From: Minutocellus sp. GHC0000111 | Lineage: Eukaryota | Direction of reading: 5' to 3' | Assembly: GCA_977018835.1 (NCBI GenBank) | Contig: OZ361259.1 | Span: forward strand, 2,666,001 to 2,730,000 | DNA length: 64,000 nucleotides | In this document: one piece after another, positions 57,997 to 64,000 of the stretch | Layout of the letters: the number at the start of each line of letters is the position of its first letter | How positions within the stretch are numbered: position 1 is the stretch's first letter | Made by a program: the position numbers and the translations under genes | The notes under the pieces: model-generated | Seen by the model: only the letters and a program-made list of their open reading frames with translations | The model's database searches: none | What the model was told of the DNA's origin: nothing

Positions 57997-58383
57997 TCCA
58001 TGCTGTGGTGGGTCGATGCTGTAGTCAGTACTACGTAGTAGCGGCACTATCATTTAAAAAGTTCGGGGTGTCTGTCATTTGGAAACAGGAAAGCCAAGGC
58101 CGGGGTGGGACTGGCAGACGACTTCACACGAAAATCTCCGTTGGATTCCGTTGCATCACCAAGAGCTTCTTGCACGTACTACGTGGCAAGTAGAAGTGAA
58201 TGCTTGGAGCCGCCAAACTCAAACACGTGAACCTACTCTATTCAAACCACTTTGGAGGGAATTAGACAGGTGAAAGTGATCGATTCGCCATGCGTCCAGA
58301 TAAAAATTCTGTTTTTATACCTCATTTCCTCATCCTCGGCAATCGAACCAATAAGCAATCCATCCACTTGATCGAATCAAGCC

Positions 58384-60588
58384 ATGCCATTCGGGAAGAC
58401 TGTCGATAAGTTCTTTTCAGCCTTCTTCCTCGCCTTTGCCCTCCTGACTGTCGTCACGAGTGCTGATGGAATCATCCAAAAAGACCCGATCAATATCAGT
58501 AAAAATGTTCGGGCAATCGGAGTGACATTTGAATCTGCAAAGGATGGCGACGCTGTCACCATCGACATTCCCAAGGGCACTGAACCGGGTGATGTCTTAG
58601 TCCTTTATGTAGGTGGAAGTGCCTCAGGGAAGAAGATGCCGAGCAGACCCGGAAAAAATTGGAACTTGATCCTTGAAGAGGGCAAGGAAGATCTAAACCT
58701 CAAGGCTTACTACAAGATTGCTGGGCCCAATGACTTCATCGATGAGCAGCAACAGATTTCAACTGCCGATAACATCTTCGACGTCTCCCTTCAGGAATTA
58801 GCCGATAGCTACAAGATATCGGGCGGCAAAAACACATTTGTATCGATTGTTAGCTTGCGTGGAGTCGACACTACCAATCCCGTCGTTGATTTTGGTTCCG
58901 AAGAAGATACAGAAAATGGTCGAGAGGGGGACGCTCGGGCTCCGAGTGTCCGCACGGAAAATGGCGTAGTTCTGTTTGCGGCGGCCTTCGACGACCCTCA
59001 CCAAGCCATCGTTACAACAAAGGGTTTTACGATGCTCCTTTCTACTGACTCTGGCACCGGTGACGGGCTTGCCATTGGTATTTCACCCACCGATGGTGAT
59101 CGAACCGGGTCCATTGACGCCACTGGCACGTCCTACGAGAGAGGTGGTGGAGATGACATTGCATCTGCGATATCTTTTCGAGCCAAGTCTACGCCTTCAC
59201 AGAGTGACGACGAGTTCGACACGAACACCTTGTTTGCGGTTCGACTCGCACCCCTGGTGGACGTTCGCTTCGACCCTATCATTAACCCTGGAACCTGTAG
59301 CTCGCATGTACACTCCGTGTTTGGAGCTGCCAGCTTCGGGAAAAACATCTCCAACGCCGACTTGGAGAGTTCAGTCGAAACATCGGCGAACGTCCTACCA
59401 AACAAGTCCTTGTACTGGGCTCCTGCAATGTACATCTTTGACCCCCACTCTGAGATGTTTTATCTCGTCCCAACATACGCGAGAGCCTACTATCGATTCA
59501 ACGATAGGTTTCTACAAGAGACAAAGCCATTTCCTCTCAATTTTAGAGTTGTGGTAGGCGATGCCAAGCGCACCTCCAAATTCAAGCCTGGTGAGGCACG
59601 CGACGATATTTCGTGGACCCAAAAGGGCTCTAGACGCGACGCGAATTCTCAAGACCATTCATCCTGGGACGAGTATGTCGAAGCATTTGGCTACCAAACG
59701 GACCCCGAGGAGTATCTCGAAATGAACATCAACTTTCCCGAGTGCATCGCCACCGATGAACTCGGGCGACCTTTTCTCGATTCGGAGGACCATCGGTCGC
59801 ACATGGCCTATGTCGACCGAAATGCACAACCTTGCCCTGCTTCTCATCCCTACCGAGTGCCCAAGATCAATCTGGAAGTTCGTTATGAATTGGATCGAAT
59901 GGTCGACAGCCTCGGTAAGGAAGTCGTGCAAAATCCTTCGAACTGGTTCCTATCGACTGGTGACCATTCAGGTGCCGGCGCTCATGCAGACTTCGTTTCT
60001 GGTTGGGACGCGCGTGTGTTGGAGGAAGCTATTCGCGATTGCCGAGGCGGTAATGCCGAGAGCGATTGTATTTTATCACAATTCTTTTCCAATTCGCGCG
60101 CTGAAGATAGAGCCAAACGAGTGAAATTGCTCAAGGAAGATGAATTCCCAGGGGAAACTGTCTCACCCATCAAACAACTTATTGTAGTACCGGATGGATC
60201 CTGCTTGACCTCCTTCTCAACTAGCACGCCATCGACCAGGCCATCAATCAAGCCATCGGCCATACCATCGACGAAGCCTTCGTCAAATACATTCGATGCT
60301 CTCAGTCCTACGATTGCACCTTCGCGTTCCACGAGACTATGCAATACCGCTAAAGAAGTGCGATGTCGATCCAAGTGCTTCGCCCGTCGCGAATGTGGCA
60401 GCAACCTCGCGAGCTCTTGCCATTCTGTCTGTCGTCATAAATGTTGCAATTATGAAGCACAGCAAGGTGAAACACGCCTGTGCAATACACCTGCCGAGAA
60501 GGAATGCCGATCGAAATGCTTTCACAACCAGAGCTGCAACACCGACGAGAGTTGTAAAACCCAGTGTCGCCAGCGGTGCTGCTCGTAA
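58384..60588 (+). CDS. Secreted DUF1996-domain protein with an extra N-terminal domain and two C-terminal Cys-rich repeats
   Basis: Signal peptide; RFDPIINPGTCSSHVHSVFG, NKSLYWAP, PFPLNFRVVVGD, INFPEC, HRSHMAY, CPASHPYRVP, HADFVSGWD. Confidence 0.85.
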   Translation: MPFGKTVDKFFSAFFLAFALLTVVTSADGIIQKDPINISKNVRAIGVTFESAKDGDAVTIDIPKGTEPGDVLVLYVGGSASGKKMPSRPGKNWNLILEEGKEDLNLKAYYKIAGPNDFIDEQQQISTADNIFDVSLQELADSYKISGGKNTFVSIVSLRGVDTTNPVVDFGSEEDTENGREGDARAPSVRTENGVVLFAAAFDDPHQAIVTTKGFTMLLSTDSGTGDGLAIGISPTDGDRTGSIDATGTSYERGGGDDIASAISFRAKSTPSQSDDEFDTNTLFAVRLAPLVDVRFDPIINPGTCSSHVHSVFGAASFGKNISNADLESSVETSANVLPNKSLYWAPAMYIFDPHSEMFYLVPTYARAYYRFNDRFLQETKPFPLNFRVVVGDAKRTSKFKPGEARDDISWTQKGSRRDANSQDHSSWDEYVEAFGYQTDPEEYLEMNINFPECIATDELGRPFLDSEDHRSHMAYVDRNAQPCPASHPYRVPKINLEVRYELDRMVDSLGKEVVQNPSNWFLSTGDHSGAGAHADFVSGWDARVLEEAIRDCRGGNAESDCILSQFFSNSRAEDRAKRVKLLKEDEFPGETVSPIKQLIVVPDGSCLTSFSTSTPSTRPSIKPSAIPSTKPSSNTFDALSPTIAPSRSTRLCNTAKEVRCRSKCFARRECGSNLASSCHSVCRHKCCNYEAQQGETRLCNTPAEKECRSKCFHNQSCNTDESCKTQCRQRCCS

Positions 60589-60720
60589 GGAATAAGTGAA
60601 GAAGAATTGCCCATGTGAGTCAGATATTCTAATATTAGATGGGTAATTTTACTAATGTTTATGGTACAAATGTAATGTAAGGTAGCATAGCAGTGTATAA
60701 AATTCTGGCAGGACCAAGAA

Positions 60721-62553
60721 TTATGCCGCCGGATTAACTTGGCCAGACTGCACCGCCTTTCTGACGCTCGGAGACGACCCAGCTGAAGGATTGGTGAGGT
60801 TTTCCTTGACCTGGACGAAGATACTGCCGGCGTTTCCACGAGTAATTCGAAGATTCTCGTCGAGGTACAGCACATCGACGTAGCTCGTGCCGTGACCACC
60901 AATGGGACGGTGGAGAGCGTAGGACATGGAACCATCGGCATCCATGCTATCGGGGACGTCGGCTCCCAATAGCATCTTGGCGGCAAGGAGCTTCGCGCTC
61001 TCCGACCACGATTTCTTCCAGGTCTCATCCCGCGCGAAGATTTCCTCCCATTCGGAGTCGAAGGGAGCATCGACCATGTCGCCAACGCTGAGACCGGTCT
61101 TGGTTGGGACATAGATGCCGTAGGATTTGGGCCTCACGTACTTTTGTACTCGTGCTTTCATCTTGTGTCGATACTCCTTGCTGAGCTTCTTCTGCCCATG
61201 CAGGTTGCACTGCTTGTTCTCTCGGCGACATTCGTGAAGGAGCAGAGGGCATTCGTTGTCGCACTCTTGGCACAAACTCTCTTTGATGGAGGAGAGCGAT
61301 GGTTCGGCTTGTTCTTCTTCGGTGGCACCGGACTTCTTGGCCTTTTTCTTCTTCTTCTTGGCGGCCTTTCGTCTGGACCTCTCAGCCTCCTCTTCACCGG
61401 TTTCTCTGACTGGCTGGATGGTGCCTCCAGTAAACCAGACGGTCAATCGATCCTTGTCATCGGGATCGGGAAGAAGGTATCCCTGAGTGATCATCTTGGC
61501 TCGGAGAGGCTTGGAAGGTGCGGGGTAGGAGTCTCGCCCCCCATGGCTACTTGCACTGCTGATTGAACTCGTTGTGGACAATCGCCGCCCAGATGCGACG
61601 ATACTGTCGTCGTCCTCGTTGGGTTCGATGGAGAATTCGACCTCGATGTCGTACGTACGAAGGATAGGTCCCTCGCCGCCTGTAATGTCGACCGTTCCAC
61701 TATTTCTCATGGTTTCACGGAGCTCATGAATTTCTTGTCGAAGACTCTTGGGCACAGAGTCAGGGAGTTCATCATCAGGACCGACAAAGGCTGTCGTGTT
61801 CAAGATGCGTTGGATGCTACATCGCAGATCGTTTGGTCGAAACATTCCAAACGACATGCGGCCCATTGTGTAGACGAAGTCTCCTCTTCGATTCTGACCA
61901 AGGCCATCCTTGAAATTTGGTTTACTGACAATACGCCATGTGCCCTCAAAATTCGAAGACAAGTCTTCCTCTGCTCCGGGCTGATCTCTCATTCCGCGAT
62001 AGAGAGATGCCAACGACTGGAGCGCAGCTAGGAAGCGGGGATTCGTCGTGTCGCCTTGGCTGCTCTGAAGGGCGTCGAGTGCTTCAGCCTTGGTCTGAAG
62101 AAGCAGCTGCTGGGCAGATTCCACCACCTCCTGCGTCAGCTTGGGAACTGGAGGCTCACTACTAACATCCTTTGCCGACGATCGTCGGATTGGGAGTAGG
62201 ACATCGTCTGCTATTTTCAGCGTTTTCCTTACACCATCGCCACCTTCCACACCAACCTTATTGCTGCTGTCCTTGCTGACGGCCATCTGCATGTCTCTCC
62301 AATAGTAATCGTGCTTCGCCTGGTTTCGACGTTGGAGCTTCCTGGCGGCGGACAATGGCACACCAAGGCGCTCACACTCGGCGATGAACTCGGCGCTGAG
62401 CTCTTCTTGTTGTTCTTGTTGCTTCTGATCTGTCTTGGAGGTGTCTTCTGGTTCTTCTTCCGGAGTTTCGTGATGAACTGGTGACGAATGCGAATCAAAT
62501 TGCGGCTCGGGGTTTTCGTGATGATGATGCGAGTGAAGAATGATGGTGGTCAT
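60721..62553 (-). CDS. Uncharacterised protein with PAP/fibrillin (lipocalin-fold)-like motifs
   Basis: FEGTWRIVS near the domain start and YVDVLYLDENLRITRGNAGSIFV at the end; 610-aa open frame. Confidence 0.55.
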   Translation of the reverse strand: MTTIILHSHHHHENPEPQFDSHSSPVHHETPEEEPEDTSKTDQKQQEQQEELSAEFIAECERLGVPLSAARKLQRRNQAKHDYYWRDMQMAVSKDSSNKVGVEGGDGVRKTLKIADDVLLPIRRSSAKDVSSEPPVPKLTQEVVESAQQLLLQTKAEALDALQSSQGDTTNPRFLAALQSLASLYRGMRDQPGAEEDLSSNFEGTWRIVSKPNFKDGLGQNRRGDFVYTMGRMSFGMFRPNDLRCSIQRILNTTAFVGPDDELPDSVPKSLRQEIHELRETMRNSGTVDITGGEGPILRTYDIEVEFSIEPNEDDDSIVASGRRLSTTSSISSASSHGGRDSYPAPSKPLRAKMITQGYLLPDPDDKDRLTVWFTGGTIQPVRETGEEEAERSRRKAAKKKKKKAKKSGATEEEQAEPSLSSIKESLCQECDNECPLLLHECRRENKQCNLHGQKKLSKEYRHKMKARVQKYVRPKSYGIYVPTKTGLSVGDMVDAPFDSEWEEIFARDETWKKSWSESAKLLAAKMLLGADVPDSMDADGSMSYALHRPIGGHGTSYVDVLYLDENLRITRGNAGSIFVQVKENLTNPSAGSSPSVRKAVQSGQVNPAA

Positions 62554-63192
62554 GTTCTGCGACGAAATGTCCGCGGAGACTACTTTGGAACGAACGTATC
62601 AGGATCAACTCAGTATCAGGGCCAGGTGAACACTACAAAAAGAAGCGAGGAATCAATGAGAGCGGGATATGCGTGGCTCGTGCCGCGGCAATAATGGCAA
62701 CTTTGGCTTTGGCCTTTGACGCCAACGACGCCAGTGACCTTCACGATCTGGTCGTGAAGTCAAGGACGGAAAGTCGCCGTGCAGGAAAGCGAAGCGTTGG
62801 TCGACAAATGATTTGGAAGATCTGACACAAACACACGTTCTCCTGACGCCTGCGACAATCCACGGATTTCGACGGTCTTGGGTCTTGGGTGTTGATGCAA
62901 TGATGATCTCGGGGCGACAGGCGAGCAGAGTGCGGCGCCAACGTCCAACATGCATTCTCCAACTGTTCGTGTGTCGAAGTCAGGAAGGCCTACATTCAGA
63001 TCTACGAGCTCGTAGCTTAGACGAAAGGCATTCCATGGGTTCATGCGATTAAAAAAAAATTCAAGATCAAATTGAAATTCCTAGCTAGATCTAGCAGAGA
63101 TAGACTCTCTCTCTCTCTCTCTATAGAGCTCTCTAGAGATCTCTCTAAGATCTACCGGCACGAACTCGCATACATGTAGATCTAGAGACAAT

Positions 63193-64000
63193 CTACCTCC
63201 TCCTCTTCATCAAGGTTTGGGCGACAACAGCGGCAACTCCAACGACGATAGCGGCAACGGCAGCCTTCTTCACTTGCTTGGCAATATCTGCCTTGGCAAG
63301 GCGCTCCTCAATTCGCTTTTCCACAAAGGCCTGGACAACAGCGGCATCATTGGGGCAGCTCGAGGATCGTGTCTTGAGCTTCCAAAGCTTCGCCAACTCC
63401 TTCGGCGGGGGAGGGAGAGGATCAACGGCTCGACGGCATGCATCGGGGAATTTGCCATCATGTGCCGTTGCCAAGGCAACGGTGTGCATATTCACCTCCT
63501 TCACCTGATGGATGGCCGAAACGCCGACGGCACTGTGCGGGCAGAGCATGTACTTGTACTCATCATTGTACTTCTTGATCACCTCGAGAGTCATTGCGGT
63601 ATCGGCACGGGCCGACGAAAAGTCCTTCTTGGCCTGGTCCAAAAGCTTACCACTGATGGTGAGCTTGCCCGTCGTCTCGAAATCCTTCATCCATTTTGCC
63701 AGTGTGGTGGAATCATCGCCAGCAAGGTGGAACAAGTATCGCTCAAAGTTACTGGAAACGCAGATATCCATCGACGGACTGATCGTCTTGTTGATATCGT
63801 ACCGGTGATACTCACCCTTGGTGAAGAATCGGTGGAGGATATCGTTCTCATTGGTCGCAACAATCAGCCTGCCAACGGGAAGGCCCATCTTCTTGGCGTA
63901 AAATCCGGCAAGGATGTCGCCGAAGTTGCCGGTGGGGACGGAAAAGTTGACCGCCTCCACGAGGGGGTGCTTGTCCGTAACGCGCAAGTAGGACCAGAAA
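63193..64000 (-). CDS. thrC: Threonine synthase, 3' part only (gene starts beyond the window)
   Basis: NFSVPTGNFGDILAGFYAKKMGLP, ATNENDILHRF, SPSMDICVSSNFER, CPHSAVG, LATAH.KF. Confidence 0.92.
   Translation of the reverse strand, partial: FWSYLRVTDKHPLVEAVNFSVPTGNFGDILAGFYAKKMGLPVGRLIVATNENDILHRFFTKGEYHRYDINKTISPSMDICVSSNFERYLFHLAGDDSTTLAKWMKDFETTGKLTISGKLLDQAKKDFSSARADTAMTLEVIKKYNDEYKYMLCPHSAVGVSAIHQVKEVNMHTVALATAHDGKFPDACRRAVDPLPPPPKELAKLWKLKTRSSSCPNDAAVVQAFVEKRIEERLAKADIAKQVKKAAVAAIVVGVAAVVAQTLMKRRR

Overview
Eukaryotic nuclear DNA, most likely from a diatom or related ochrophyte. Evidence for this: short GT-AG introns, an ASA-F bipartite plastid-targeting motif, a DUF6824-type protein, a PebA-like bilin reductase and gene-dense packing. 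The window holds about 26 protein-coding genes. I recognise no RNA genes, CRISPR arrays or intact transposons. Most notable observations: (1) a single gene fusing a Deltex RING-DTC ubiquitin ligase, a TAZ-like Zn finger and an H-Y-I type PARP-like ADP-ribosyltransferase; (2) a bacterial-like Macro + SIR2 (SIR2_2-type) fusion about 10 kb away, which together with (1) hints at an NAD+/ADP-ribose conflict or signalling neighbourhood next to TPC and TRP-like channel genes; (3) a kinesin-14 with a NudE-like N-terminus; (4) a head-to-head pair of ankyrin-TRP-like channel paralogues that share no intron positions; (5) roughly a third of the genes carry frameshifts or in-frame stops, some caused by exact short tandem duplications; (6) CTAG/AGCT/TACGTA/AGATCT palindrome tracts mark many intergenic regions. 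All family calls come from motif recognition by eye, not database searches.
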